Source of the DNA: an uncultured delta proteobacterium
Lineage (GTDB): Bacteria; Myxococcota; Myxococcia; Myxococcales; Myxococcaceae
Direction of reading: 5' to 3'
Length of the DNA: 64,000 nt
Assembly: GCA_963713045.1 (NCBI GenBank)
Contig: CAVQKE010000004.1
Coordinates: 96,001 to 160,000 of the forward strand
In this document: positions 36,295-45,957 of the stretch, in pieces
Position numbering within the stretch: position 1 is the stretch's first letter
Layout of the letters: the number at the start of each line of letters is the position of its first letter
Made by a program: the position numbers and the translations under genes
Notes under the pieces: generated by a model
Seen by the model: only the letters and a program-made list of their open reading frames with translations
Databases searched by the model: none
Told to the model about the DNA's origin: nothing

Positions 36295-37875
36295 CTAGAG
36301 GGGCGGCACTTCGCGGCGGCGCCAGGGCCGTTCGACTGTCTTGTTGACGCTGCGCCGCAGCGCCAGTGCGAGCTGCCAGCGTGTGTCGCGCGGGTCGATG
36401 ATGTCGTCCACCATGCCCATGGCTGCGGCCCGGTCGACGCGCACATGCGGCCGCAAACCCGCCGCCAACTCCTCCCTCAGGGTCTTCGACTCCTCGGGGG
36501 TGCCAGCCGCCTCCAATAACTTCCGCCCGGCGATGGCCACCAGGCCGTCGGCGCCCATGACGCCAATTTCTGCGCCCGGCCATGCAACGAGGAGGTCCGG
36601 CTCGAAAGCCCGGCCATTCATGACGTAGTAGCCAGCCCCGAAGCCCTTGCGCACCACCACCGTCAACTTGGGAACGGTGGCGGAGGCGACAACCTGGAGC
36701 AGTCGCGCGCCGTGCCGGACCAGCCCTTGTTGCTCAGTCTTTGTCCCCACCAGGAAGCCCGGGACGTCTTGAAGGAAGAGCAGCGGCAGTTGAAACGCGT
36801 CGCAGAGGGCGACGAAACGTGCCGCCTTGTCACTGGCCGCGACGTCCAGCACCCCTCCAAGAAACATGGAGTTGTTGGCCACGATGCCCAGTGGAAAGCC
36901 GTCGATGCGGGCCAGGCCGGTGATGATGTTGCGGGCAAAGCGCGGCTTGATGCTGAAAAAGTGGCGCTCGTCCACCACCGCGTGGATGACTTTGTGCATG
37001 TCAAACGCCTGGCGCGGGTTGTCCGGAACCACGTTCAACAGGGATTCATCGCGCCGCTCGGCCGGGTCGCTCGGGACTTGCCGGGGCGGCCTCTGCTGGC
37101 AGTGGGAAGGGAAGAAGGACAGGTAGTCCCGGACGGCGCGAATGCAGGCGGCATCGTCGGGAAATTCCCCATCGGCAACGCCGGAGACTTCGTTGTGCAA
37201 CCGGCTGCCGCCCAGCTCCTGTTCGCTGACTTTCTCTCCCACGGTGGACTCGACCAGGGTGGGTCCCCCAACGGCAATCGAGCCCACGTCCTTCACCATC
37301 GGGACGTAGTCGGCGAGGCCTGGAATGTAGGCCGTCCCCGCCGCGCCCGGTCCAAGCATGGCCGCCACCTGGGGCACCACGCCGGAGAGTACCGACTGCT
37401 CCTGGAAGAGGTAGCCGGTGTCGGCAAATCCCGCCAGTCGCCGCGGGTCGACTTCGCTGGCCTCCAGGCGGGCACCGGCAGAATCCACCAGCCACACCAG
37501 GGGCAGCCGCTCCTTCAGCACCAGGTCCCGCAGCCGGGTCACCTTGCGTTCGCCCACCTCGCCGATGGAACCCCCGAGGACGGTAAAGTCATAGATTGCC
37601 GCCGCCACCGGCCGGCCACCGACGTGGCCAATGGCCGTCAGGACGCCGTCGGCCGGTGTGGGCCGGGAGGCGTCCTCCTCCTCGGACAGGCGCCCCTCGG
37701 CCGCCGCTAGCCCTCCCAACTCCTGGACGGTGCCCGCGTCGAAGAGGAGCGCCAGTCGTGCCCGCGCGTCCAGTTTGTTGCGCCCGTGTTGGCGGGCGAC
37801 GCGCTCCGGGCCCCCCATTTGCGCCTTCTTGGCCCGAAGGGCCTCCAGCGCCTCCACCCGTTCCTTCATCCCCAT
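36295..37875 (-). CDS. Acyl-CoA carboxylase carboxyltransferase (beta) subunit
   Basis: MGGPERVARQH, DFTVLGGS, DSAGAR, DKAARF, QDVPGF, RKGFGAGY, DDIIDPRDTR. ATG 37875 follows a GAGGG SD-like element. Confidence 0.92.
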   Translation of the reverse strand: MGMKERVEALEALRAKKAQMGGPERVARQHGRNKLDARARLALLFDAGTVQELGGLAAAEGRLSEEEDASRPTPADGVLTAIGHVGGRPVAAAIYDFTVLGGSIGEVGERKVTRLRDLVLKERLPLVWLVDSAGARLEASEVDPRRLAGFADTGYLFQEQSVLSGVVPQVAAMLGPGAAGTAYIPGLADYVPMVKDVGSIAVGGPTLVESTVGEKVSEQELGGSRLHNEVSGVADGEFPDDAACIRAVRDYLSFFPSHCQQRPPRQVPSDPAERRDESLLNVVPDNPRQAFDMHKVIHAVVDERHFFSIKPRFARNIITGLARIDGFPLGIVANNSMFLGGVLDVAASDKAARFVALCDAFQLPLLFLQDVPGFLVGTKTEQQGLVRHGARLLQVVASATVPKLTVVVRKGFGAGYYVMNGRAFEPDLLVAWPGAEIGVMGADGLVAIAGRKLLEAAGTPEESKTLREELAAGLRPHVRVDRAAAMGMVDDIIDPRDTRWQLALALRRSVNKTVERPWRRREVPPL

Positions 37876-37965
37876 GTGAGAAAGCCCGCCCTCTGTAAGG
37901 TAGTCCGCAGTTGTCCGACATCCGCCCCCCCAGCGCGGCGTGGGGAAGGTTAGCATCGCCTGGCC

Positions 37966-38934
37966 ATGGCTCGGCGGCCGCTCCGCATCGTCAGCTACAA
38001 CGTTCGTTACTTCGGCCACGCGCTGGGGGGCCTTGCCACCTCGCGCCGCTCGATGGACCGCATCGCCCGCAAGCTGGCACACCTTGAGCCGGTGGCCGAC
38101 GTGGTGTGTCTTCAGGAAGTGGAGACGCGCAGCCTCCGCTCGACGGTGGCCTTTGGCAAAACGGCCTGCACTCAGCTCGAGGCCTTCATGGAGGCCCTGG
38201 CGGCGGAGCGCTCCCGGCCCAAGGCCAGCTTCCCGTACGAGGCGTACTACTTCCCGGCGCACACCTACCGGGTGCGACAGACGGCCATTTACACCACTGG
38301 ACTCGCGGTGCTGGTCAACACCGAACGCCTCACCGTGCAAGGCCACAATGGGCGCGCTCCCCACCGGATTACGCACCACCATGTCGCTCGTCTGCGCGAG
38401 GCGAAACAGAGTCGCATCTGCGCCCACGTGCGGCTGGCCACGCCCTCCGGCGGCGCGTTGCACGTCTTCAACACCCACTTGAGTCTTCCGACGCCTTTCG
38501 CACGCTCCTTTTGGTCGGCCCGCGCGAAAATGGGCTTTGGGCCCAACCAAGTGCACGAGGCCCATAAGCTGGTGGCTCACGTCCAGGACGTGGCCGGCAG
38601 CGAGCCCTTCGTCGTCTGTGGAGACTTCAACTCCTCGCCCGCATCGCCCGTCTACCGCTATCTCACCACCGAGGCCCGGTGGGCCGGGGCGCAAGAGCAG
38701 CTCAAACAAATCGACGCCAGCGCACGAACCGGCTTTCCGACGGCCGGCTTCTTTCGCTTGCGGATGCACTTGGACCATCTCTTCGGCGGCAACGGTGTGC
38801 GCTGGGTGGACATGGAGGGGACGGCGCCCTTTGGCGCGAGCCCCTTTCAGGGGTTGTCGGACCATGTCCCCCTCATCGCCCGCTTTCAGCTGGCAGGGCA
38901 CGCGGCGGCCCACAGAAGCGAGGACGTCGCGTAA
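37966..38934 (+). CDS. Endonuclease/exonuclease/phosphatase (EEP) family protein
   Basis: SYNV, DVVCLQEV, NTHL, CGDFN, LDH, SDH motifs. Confidence 0.9.
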   Translation: MARRPLRIVSYNVRYFGHALGGLATSRRSMDRIARKLAHLEPVADVVCLQEVETRSLRSTVAFGKTACTQLEAFMEALAAERSRPKASFPYEAYYFPAHTYRVRQTAIYTTGLAVLVNTERLTVQGHNGRAPHRITHHHVARLREAKQSRICAHVRLATPSGGALHVFNTHLSLPTPFARSFWSARAKMGFGPNQVHEAHKLVAHVQDVAGSEPFVVCGDFNSSPASPVYRYLTTEARWAGAQEQLKQIDASARTGFPTAGFFRLRMHLDHLFGGNGVRWVDMEGTAPFGASPFQGLSDHVPLIARFQLAGHAAAHRSEDVA

Positions 38935-38952
38935 GCTAGCGTCAAAGCGCCC

Positions 38953-40506
38953 TTGGCCCGCCTCGACCCCATCTTCGAGCGCCTCCACCGCGAACGCGGC
39001 AGCGAGCTCGTCTTCGCTTCCGGCCAGCCGGTGGTGATGCGTACCCCCGGCGGCGACGTCGCGGTGCTTCGCCAGCAGCTCACCTCTCAGCAGATTGCGG
39101 GCGTGTTTGCGGAGCTGGTGCCGGCCGACATTCGCAACGGTTTCCCCGCTTCCGGCGTCACCCGGTTTGGCTACGAAGCTCCGGGTGGACGGGTGGCGGT
39201 GCTGTTTGAACGCAAGGAAGCCGCCGTCCGGGCGCTGGTCCGTCCCCAGGTGGATGGCGAAGCGCCCGGTGCGGCTCCCGTGGCCCCGGAGGCGGCGGCG
39301 CCCCGGGCTGCCCCAGCCCAGCGTGGCGCGCCCGCCCCGGCGGCCCAGCCGAGTGAAGCGGCCGCACCGGCGCCCGCCCCCCAGGCGGCCGCGCTCGCTC
39401 CAGCACCCGCGGACCCGCGCGCCGCCATCGACCAGCTGCTGGCGCTGACGGTGGAACGAGGCGCCTCGGACCTACACCTCACCAGCGACGGGCCGCCCGC
39501 GCTTCGTATCGACGGCGAGATGGTATCGCTCGAAGAATACGGGCCGATTCCTCGGGCCCGGCTTCAGGAGATGGTGTTTTCGGTGACCCCGGAGAAGAAC
39601 CGGGCCCAGTGGGAAGCACAGCACGACACCGACTTCGCCTTGGAAATGCCGGGCGTCCGGTTCCGGGTCAATGTCTTCGAGGACCGCCGCGGCATCGGGG
39701 CGGCGATGCGCCAGGTGCCGGCGAAAATCCGCACCGCCGAGGACCTCGCGCTGCCCAAAGCGGTCATCGAATTGTGTGGGCACAGCAAGGGGTTGGTGTT
39801 GGTGACGGGACCGACCGGTTCCGGCAAGTCCACCACCCTGGCGGCGATGGTGGACTACGTCAACCGAACGCGTGCCCAGCACATCATCACCATTGAGGAC
39901 CCGGTGGAATTCGTGCACCCCAACCGACGCTGCTTGGTGCACCAGCGCGAGGTCGGAGTCCACACCAACTCCTTCAAGCAGGCGCTACGGGCCGCCCTGC
40001 GCGAAGACCCGGACGTGGTGCTGGTGGGCGAGATGCGTGACCTCGAGACCATTGCCATCGCGCTCGAGACGGCGGAGACCGGCCACCTGGTGTTTGGGAC
40101 GCTTCACACCAACACCGCGCCCTCGACGGTGGACCGCATCATCGACCAGTTTCCCGCTGACCGGCAGGCCCAGGTGAGGACCATGTTGTCCGAGAGCCTC
40201 CGAGGGGTCGTCTCTCAGACGCTGCTCAAGCGGCGTGGAGGGGGCCGGGTAGCAGCGCTCGAGGTGCTGGTGGTGACGCCGCCGGTGGCCAACCTCATCC
40301 GAGAGGGGAAAACCTTCCAAATCCTCTCGACGATGCAGACCGGCCGCTCGTTCGGCAACCAGATGCTGAATGACGCCCTCTTGGAGCTGGTGAAGGGTCG
40401 CCAGGTGGAGCCAGACGAGGCTTACGCCAAGGCCCTCGCCAAGGCTGAGTTTCGACTGCAACTGGACCGCGCTGGCTTCAAGCTCAGCGCGGCCGAGGAA
40501 CGCTAG
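38953..40506 (+). CDS. pilT: PilT/PilU-family retraction ATPase paralog with an extra N-terminal domain
   Basis: ASDLHL, GPTGSGKSTT, TIEDPVE, ALREDPDVVLVGEMRD, TGHLVFGTLHT. Confidence 0.9.
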   Translation: MARLDPIFERLHRERGSELVFASGQPVVMRTPGGDVAVLRQQLTSQQIAGVFAELVPADIRNGFPASGVTRFGYEAPGGRVAVLFERKEAAVRALVRPQVDGEAPGAAPVAPEAAAPRAAPAQRGAPAPAAQPSEAAAPAPAPQAAALAPAPADPRAAIDQLLALTVERGASDLHLTSDGPPALRIDGEMVSLEEYGPIPRARLQEMVFSVTPEKNRAQWEAQHDTDFALEMPGVRFRVNVFEDRRGIGAAMRQVPAKIRTAEDLALPKAVIELCGHSKGLVLVTGPTGSGKSTTLAAMVDYVNRTRAQHIITIEDPVEFVHPNRRCLVHQREVGVHTNSFKQALRAALREDPDVVLVGEMRDLETIAIALETAETGHLVFGTLHTNTAPSTVDRIIDQFPADRQAQVRTMLSESLRGVVSQTLLKRRGGGRVAALEVLVVTPPVANLIREGKTFQILSTMQTGRSFGNQMLNDALLELVKGRQVEPDEAYAKALAKAEFRLQLDRAGFKLSAAEER

Positions 40507-40700
40507 GCGCCCGGCCCCGGTCGCGAGGAAAGCACGTCGTTGACCGAAGGCATCCGGCGGATGTCCGAGCGCGCCACTTTCCAGGCTTGCTGGACAATCC
40601 AGGAAAGCGACCGGTCCTGCCGCATCGCCTCGCGCTGGATTTCCTCCAGCATCTCCTCGGGGAAATACAGGCTTTGCTTGCGGTGGTCGGTGCCTGCCAT
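40503..40700 (-). CDS. cdbB: CdbB-like ribbon-helix-helix protein
   Basis: MAGTDHRKQSLYFPEEMLEEIQREA.RQDRSLSWIVQQAW; paralog of the adjacent cdbA. Confidence 0.8.
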   Translation of the reverse strand: MAGTDHRKQSLYFPEEMLEEIQREAMRQDRSLSWIVQQAWKVARSDIRRMPSVNDVLSSRPGPGA

Positions 40701-40707
40701 GGAAAGG

Positions 40708-40917
40708 TCAGCCTTCCTCGCGCAGGTCGGGCAAGGCCGGCTCGCCGGTCACGTCGTTGACGGCCGGGAAGGACTTGATGCGCTCGCGCGCAATCCGCCA
40801 GGCTTGTTGAACGACCCAGGAAAGCGACCGGTCCTGCCGGGTGGCTTCTTCCTGAATCTCCCGAAGCATCTCCTCCGGGAAGTACAGAGACTGTTTGCGT
40901 TTGTCAGTTCCCGCCAT
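40708..40917 (-). CDS. cdbA: CdbA-like c-di-GMP-binding RHH nucleoid-associated protein
   Basis: MAGTDKRKQSLYFPEEMLREIQEEATRQDRSLSWVVQQAWRIARERIKSFPAVNDVTG closely matches my recollection of M. xanthus CdbA; GGGAG SD. Confidence 0.85.
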   Translation of the reverse strand: MAGTDKRKQSLYFPEEMLREIQEEATRQDRSLSWVVQQAWRIARERIKSFPAVNDVTGEPALPDLREEG

Positions 40918-41068
40918 GCCGTGCCGTCTCCCTAGGGAATCGCCCCTCCAGGACAGCCGAATCCGCACCGTGGCAGCCCGGCTCCCGGAACCCTTCGTGG
41001 CGTTCCTTGAGCGAGGTTATCCGACACCATTCGTGTCCGGTCAAACAGATGACAGTGGCCGACGTGTG

Positions 41069-41117
41069 AAAAAAAGGGACCACCCCGGTCCTCCAGGCAG
41101 GAGAACCGGGGTGGTCC
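41069..41117 (-). terminator. Rho-independent terminator
   Basis: Minus strand GGACCACCCCGGTTCTCC-TGCCT-GGAGGACCGGGGTGGTCC (18-bp stem, one G-U) followed by C and T7. Confidence 0.85.
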
Positions 41118-41226
41118 GGAGAGAAGGGCACCCTGGTGAGCCCGAGAAAGGGCTCCCAGGACGCCCCGTGGACCCAGAGGGGGAGGGGGGGGACCCCTGG
41201 GTCCATCTTTCTTACGAAGTCGGGGG
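41069..41226 (-). ncRNA. Candidate small regulatory RNA: three stem-loops, C-rich loop, intrinsic terminator
   Basis: Hairpins at 41169-41205, 41126-41166 and 41077-41117. All internal mismatches are G-U pairs on the minus strand. The first loop is UCCCCCCCCUCCC. A sigma54-like box lies upstream. Confidence 0.65.
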
Positions 41227-41236
41227 GTAGAACAGT

Positions 41237-41252
41237 CGCAACCGCTGTTCCA
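41237..41252 (-). promoter_or_regulatory. Candidate sigma54 promoter for the sRNA
   Basis: Minus strand TGGAACAGCGGTTGCG = TGGAAC-N5-TTGC, one mismatch to TGGCAC-N5-TTGC. An alternative sigma70-like TTGAAG-N18-TAGGAT lies at 41264-41293. Confidence 0.55.
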
Positions 41253-41371
41253 TTCCTGAAACCATCCTAACGAGGGGGCCTGCCGTGCTTCAACGGAGCG
41301 ACTGGACGACACTCCCCTCCATTGGGTGCCAAAGCTTGTCCCACCACAAGAAAGCGTCCGCCCCATCGCCC

Positions 41372-42655
41372 GTGCTTTCCGCGCTGGAGGAGTTTTTCAA
41401 GGCCTACGGCGGGCAAACCTTGCTGGCAGTGTCCGGCGGAGTGGATTCGCTGGCCCTGTTGACGGCGGCGGCAGAAGTCGCCCCGGGCCGCCTCGGCGTC
41501 GCTAGCCTGGACCACGGCCTTCGGCCCTCCGCGGAAACCGAAGTACTGGCAGTCCAGCGGCTAACACAAGCCCTCGGGCTTCCTTTCCACACCGCGCGCC
41601 TGGGTCTCAAGCCTGGCCCGGGAATGGAGGCCAGGGCCCGCCAGGCCCGCTACGCCGCGCTGGAGGCCATTCGGGCGCAAGGGGGCTACCGGTGGATTGC
41701 CACCGCCCATACCCTGGATGACCAGGCAGAAACGCTGCTGATGCGCCTGGCACGCGGCGCCGCGCTCCGTGGCGCGGGCAGCATTCGCGCGCGCCAGGGC
41801 CCCCTCGTCCGGCCGCTGCTGGCCGTGACACGGGCCGACGTCGAGCGACACGTCGCAGCACGGGGCCTGGTACCGGTGCGCGACCCCTCCAACGCTGACC
41901 CTTCGCTTTTCCGGGCGCGCATCCGCTTCGGCGCGCTTCCGGCCTTGGTGCAGGCGGCCGGCCCGGCCGCGCTGAAAAACCTGGCGCGCTTCGCAGCCCT
42001 TGCGGCCGAGGACGAGGCGTTGCTGGCCGAGCAGGCTGCGCTGGCGCTTGAGCGCTCGCGGGTGGAGGGAGGTCTGGACGCGGCGTCCCTCCGCAGCTTG
42101 CGCGGCCCGCTTCAGCGTCGGGCGCTGGTGGCCTGGCTGGCAGAGGGCGGCCTTGCCCCGAGCGCCGCCCTGGTTTCCCAGGTGCTGGCTGCTTTGCGGC
42201 GTGGTGGACATTGCGGCCTTCCGGGCCGTCGACTGTTCCGCAGCGAGGGGGGCTTGGCGCGGATTGCAGCCGAGGGACAGCGGCCGGGCGAGGTGATGCT
42301 CGAGGCAGGGGCCTGGGTCCTTTTCGGCGCCTTCCGCTTGCGCCTAGACTTGAACCCGACGCCCGGGCCGGGTGCGGCGTTCGCGTTGAGGCCAGAAGTG
42401 CTTTCCTTGAAGGTGCGCGGGCGACGGCCTGGCGACCGGGTGGAAGGGCGCCACGGCCAGAGAAGGGCTGTCCAAGACGTGTTTGTGGATGCGCGCATTC
42501 CGGCTGAGCAGCGAGACGCCTGGCCGTTGCTGGTCGGGGCTTCGGAGCGGGTGCTGTGGGTGGTCGGGCTGTGGCCCCCGGCACCACGCACCGGCGTCAA
42601 CGGCCCGTCGGTTCGCGCCGAACCCACGAGCGCTTCTCGACGCGAAGGGTTATAG
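41372..42655 (+). CDS. tilS: tRNA(Ile)-lysidine synthetase
   Basis: AVSGGVDS PP-loop, DHGLR, EARARQARY, AHTLDDQAET, RPLL, DPSN. Start uncertain (41285 or 41372). Confidence 0.92.
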   Translation: MLSALEEFFKAYGGQTLLAVSGGVDSLALLTAAAEVAPGRLGVASLDHGLRPSAETEVLAVQRLTQALGLPFHTARLGLKPGPGMEARARQARYAALEAIRAQGGYRWIATAHTLDDQAETLLMRLARGAALRGAGSIRARQGPLVRPLLAVTRADVERHVAARGLVPVRDPSNADPSLFRARIRFGALPALVQAAGPAALKNLARFAALAAEDEALLAEQAALALERSRVEGGLDAASLRSLRGPLQRRALVAWLAEGGLAPSAALVSQVLAALRRGGHCGLPGRRLFRSEGGLARIAAEGQRPGEVMLEAGAWVLFGAFRLRLDLNPTPGPGAAFALRPEVLSLKVRGRRPGDRVEGRHGQRRAVQDVFVDARIPAEQRDAWPLLVGASERVLWVVGLWPPAPRTGVNGPSVRAEPTSASRREGL

Positions 42656-42733
42656 GCTTGCGACAGGGGCGCTTGCGACGGGGCGGCGTAGGCCGCCAGA
42701 ATGCAGGGTGTAGACGCGAAAGGGCTTCGGGAC

Positions 42734-44647
42734 GTGCGATCGAGCTACAAGACCATCGGGCTGTGGGTAATCCTCATCGCCCTCTTCGTTTGCTTCTACA
42801 ACATCTTCTCGCGCCAGACGGAGGAGGTGGTGGAGCCGAGCTTCACCTCGCTCCTCAACAAGATTGACGAGAAGAAAGTCCGTTCGGTCTCCGTCAAGGG
42901 CAACACCTACCAGGGCACGTTCGAGGACACGCACGAGAAGTTCCGGACCACTGGGCCGGCCCCCGACGCGACGATGCTCAAGCAGCTCCGCGATGCGGGC
43001 GTCGACGTGAAGTACGAGAAGGAAGAGCAGAACAGCCTGTGGCTGACGATCCTCGGGCAATGGATGCCGGTGCTGTTTCTCTTCGTCTTCTTCGTCATCT
43101 TCATGCGCCAGCTGCAAGGGACCGGCGGCAAGGCGATGACCTTCGGGAAATCCAAGGCCAAGCTGCTCAGCGAGAGCCACAACAAAGTGACCTTCTCCGA
43201 CGTGGCTGGCATCGATGAATGTAAAGAGGAGCTCGAGGAGATTATTGCCTTCCTCAAGGACCCCAAGAAGTTCACCAAACTGGGCGGCCGCATTCCGAAG
43301 GGGGTCCTGATGATGGGACCGCCAGGGACCGGCAAGACATTGCTCGCCAAGGCGGTGGCTGGTGAAGCCGGGGTGCCCTTCTTCTCCATCAGCGGCTCGG
43401 ACTTCGTGGAGATGTTCGTCGGGGTGGGCGCGAGCCGCGTCCGAGACCTCTTCGAGCAGGGGAAGAAGAACGCTCCCTGCATCATTTTCATCGATGAGAT
43501 TGATGCGGTGGGCCGCCACCGCGGCGCCGGGCTCGGCGGAGGACACGACGAGCGCGAGCAGACGTTGAACCAGCTCCTGGTGGAAATGGACGGCTTCGAG
43601 TCGAACGAGGGAGTGATCCTCATTGCCGCCACCAACCGCCCCGACGTTCTCGACCCGGCGCTTCAGCGGCCCGGGCGCTTCGACCGCCGCATTGTCGTGC
43701 CGCGCCCCGACCTCAACGGCCGAATCGGCGTGCTCCTGGTGCACACCAAGCGCGTCCCGCTCTCGCCCGAAGTGGACTTGGAAATCATCGCTCGGGGCAC
43801 GCCGGGCATGACTGGCGCGGACCTGGAAAACCTCGTCAATGAGGCGGCCCTGTTTGCCGCCCGGCACAACAAGGACCGGGTGGAGGTCGCCGACTTCGAA
43901 AGCGCCAAGGACAAAGTCTTCATGGGCCCCGAGCGCAAGTCGATGATTATGACGGAGAAGGAGAAGCGCAACACCGCCGTCCACGAGGCGGGGCATGCGC
44001 TGGTGGCGAAGCTGCTGCCCGGCTGCGACCCGGTCCACAAAGTCACCATCATCCCGCGCGGACAGGCGTTGGGCGTCACCTGGTCGCTCCCCACCGAGGA
44101 CCGACTGAACCTCTACCGCCAGTCGACGCTGGACCGCATTTGCATGGCGATGGGCGGTCGCATCGCAGAGGAGCTGGTATTCAATGAAATCAGCTCCGGA
44201 GCGGCGAATGACATCGAGCGTGCCACCGAGACCGCTCGGGCGATGGTCTGCCGCTGGGGGATGAGCAGCAAGCTCGGGCCCTTGGCTTTCGGGGCCCGCG
44301 AGGGCGAGGTGTTCCTCGGTCGTGACCTCTACACGCGGCCCGACTACTCCGAGGAGACGGCTCGGCAGATTGACGCCGAGGTGCGCGAGATTGTGATGAG
44401 CTGTTACGAGCGGGCGAAGAAGCTGCTCCAGGAGAATTTCGACACGCTCAACCGCATCGCCGACGGACTCATCGAATACGAGACGTTGGAGGCAGAGGAC
44501 GTGGAGACGCTCGTCAAAGGTGGCACCATCACCCGAGATCGGCCCAAGCCGCGCGTCAACGCGCCCCCCAAGTTGGAGAAGAAGGACAAGCGGAAGATTC
44601 TCGACGCACTCGAACCGCTGCCGGCGCTCGAACCGAACAAGGCCTAG
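42734..44647 (+). CDS. ftsH: ATP-dependent zinc metalloprotease FtsH
   Basis: Two TM segments, [42 protein letters not shown]. Confidence 0.97.
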   Translation: MRSSYKTIGLWVILIALFVCFYNIFSRQTEEVVEPSFTSLLNKIDEKKVRSVSVKGNTYQGTFEDTHEKFRTTGPAPDATMLKQLRDAGVDVKYEKEEQNSLWLTILGQWMPVLFLFVFFVIFMRQLQGTGGKAMTFGKSKAKLLSESHNKVTFSDVAGIDECKEELEEIIAFLKDPKKFTKLGGRIPKGVLMMGPPGTGKTLLAKAVAGEAGVPFFSISGSDFVEMFVGVGASRVRDLFEQGKKNAPCIIFIDEIDAVGRHRGAGLGGGHDEREQTLNQLLVEMDGFESNEGVILIAATNRPDVLDPALQRPGRFDRRIVVPRPDLNGRIGVLLVHTKRVPLSPEVDLEIIARGTPGMTGADLENLVNEAALFAARHNKDRVEVADFESAKDKVFMGPERKSMIMTEKEKRNTAVHEAGHALVAKLLPGCDPVHKVTIIPRGQALGVTWSLPTEDRLNLYRQSTLDRICMAMGGRIAEELVFNEISSGAANDIERATETARAMVCRWGMSSKLGPLAFGAREGEVFLGRDLYTRPDYSEETARQIDAEVREIVMSCYERAKKLLQENFDTLNRIADGLIEYETLEAEDVETLVKGGTITRDRPKPRVNAPPKLEKKDKRKILDALEPLPALEPNKA

Positions 44648-44719
44648 CGCCTGGCAACGTCAGCGCCTCTCGCTCGCCCCATTGCCCTGGACCCCTCGGC
44701 GGACCTCGACGCCGCGCTG

Positions 44720-45895
44720 GTGCGCCTGGGGCTTCCGACGCCGGCGCGGGAGTACCTCCTTGAGAAGCTGCCACAGGCGCAGCTGCTCCTGACGGGGCTC
44801 GGCCTCCAGGAGGGACGCTTTCTCAAACGCGCCTGCGAGCAGAGTGCCGCAGGTCAATACCCGCGCTTCCTCTCGGGCGACCAAGCCCAACGGCCGGGAA
44901 CAGCGCTCCTCTCAGGCGCTCGTGACCAGCTGGAGCGCCTCATCCGGGAGGCGCGCCAAACGGCAGAGCTCACCGCGTTGGCCGACGCGCTGGAGCGCGC
45001 CTTGGCCGTGGACCGCTTCCCGCCGGCCACGGTGTTGGCCGGGCGGCGTTTCCTGTGGGGCCAACGGACGTACCTGATGGGTGTCCTCAACGTCACCCCC
45101 GACAGCTTTTCAGACGGCGGCCACTTCGCGTCGGTGGAGGCGGCCGTCGCTCGCGGCCTCGAGCTTGCCGAAGCCGGCGCGGATTTGGTCGACGTGGGCG
45201 GAGAATCCACCCGACCCGGTGCGGCGGAGGTGCCGGCGGAAGAGGAGCTGCGGCGCGTCTTGCCCGTCATCGAGCGGCTTCGGGCGCTGAGCGACGTCCC
45301 GCTGTCCATCGACACCAGCAAGGCCGCCGTCGCCAAGGCGGCCCTGGCTGCCGGCGCGGTCCTGGTGAACGACGTCAGAGGCTTCACCGGGGATTCCGGT
45401 TTGCCGCCCATCACCGCCGCAGCCGGTGCCGCCGTCTGCCTGATGCACATGCAAGGGACGCCGCGCACCATGCAGGAAGCGCCGGACTACCAAGACGTGA
45501 TGGCTGAGGTCCTCCAGGCGTTGGCTGCCGCGGTGGCCTCGGCCGAGGCTGCGGGCATTCCCAGGGAGCGCATCTGGGTCGACCCGGGCATTGGCTTCGG
45601 AAAGACAGCCGCGCACAACCTTTTCCTGTTGCACCATGTTCGGGAGTTGCGGCTGCTCGGCTGCCCAGTCGTCCTGGGGACCAGCCGCAAGGCGTTTTTG
45701 GGCGCGCTGTCCGGTGGAAAGCCGCCCCAGCAGCGGCTTCCCGCAACGGTTGCGTCGCTGGCCGCGTCCGCGGTGGCCGCGGGGGTGGACGTGGTGCGGG
45801 TGCATGATTTGGCGGATGTCCGCGACGCACTGGCGGTGGTTGACGCCATCCGCCATGCCCGTGCCGGCGGCGCTTTGTGGGCAGTCGGCCGCTGA
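44720..45895 (+). CDS. folP: Dihydropteroate synthase with an N-terminal extension
   Basis: MGVLNVTPDSFSDGG, DVGGESTRPG, SIDT, DPGIGFGK, GTSRK, RVHD. The true start may be upstream (CTG 44651). Confidence 0.93.
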   Translation: MRLGLPTPAREYLLEKLPQAQLLLTGLGLQEGRFLKRACEQSAAGQYPRFLSGDQAQRPGTALLSGARDQLERLIREARQTAELTALADALERALAVDRFPPATVLAGRRFLWGQRTYLMGVLNVTPDSFSDGGHFASVEAAVARGLELAEAGADLVDVGGESTRPGAAEVPAEEELRRVLPVIERLRALSDVPLSIDTSKAAVAKAALAAGAVLVNDVRGFTGDSGLPPITAAAGAAVCLMHMQGTPRTMQEAPDYQDVMAEVLQALAAAVASAEAAGIPRERIWVDPGIGFGKTAAHNLFLLHHVRELRLLGCPVVLGTSRKAFLGALSGGKPPQQRLPATVASLAASAVAAGVDVVRVHDLADVRDALAVVDAIRHARAGGALWAVGR

Positions 45896-45957
45896 AATGG
45901 ACGTGGGGCCCCCGCGCCTCGGGGCTGTGGCACACTTCGGGGTTGGAGGCGTCCGAC

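Noticed and set aside
36295..38988. 897-aa ORF suggesting a carboxyltransferase fusion
   Set aside because: The N-terminal 371 aa are mostly the antisense shadow of the EEP gene; the real start is near 37875.
41069..41226. Calling the RNA candidate Pxr itself
   Set aside because: Only the architecture is similar. The gene context differs from what I recall for pxr, and I cannot verify sequence identity.
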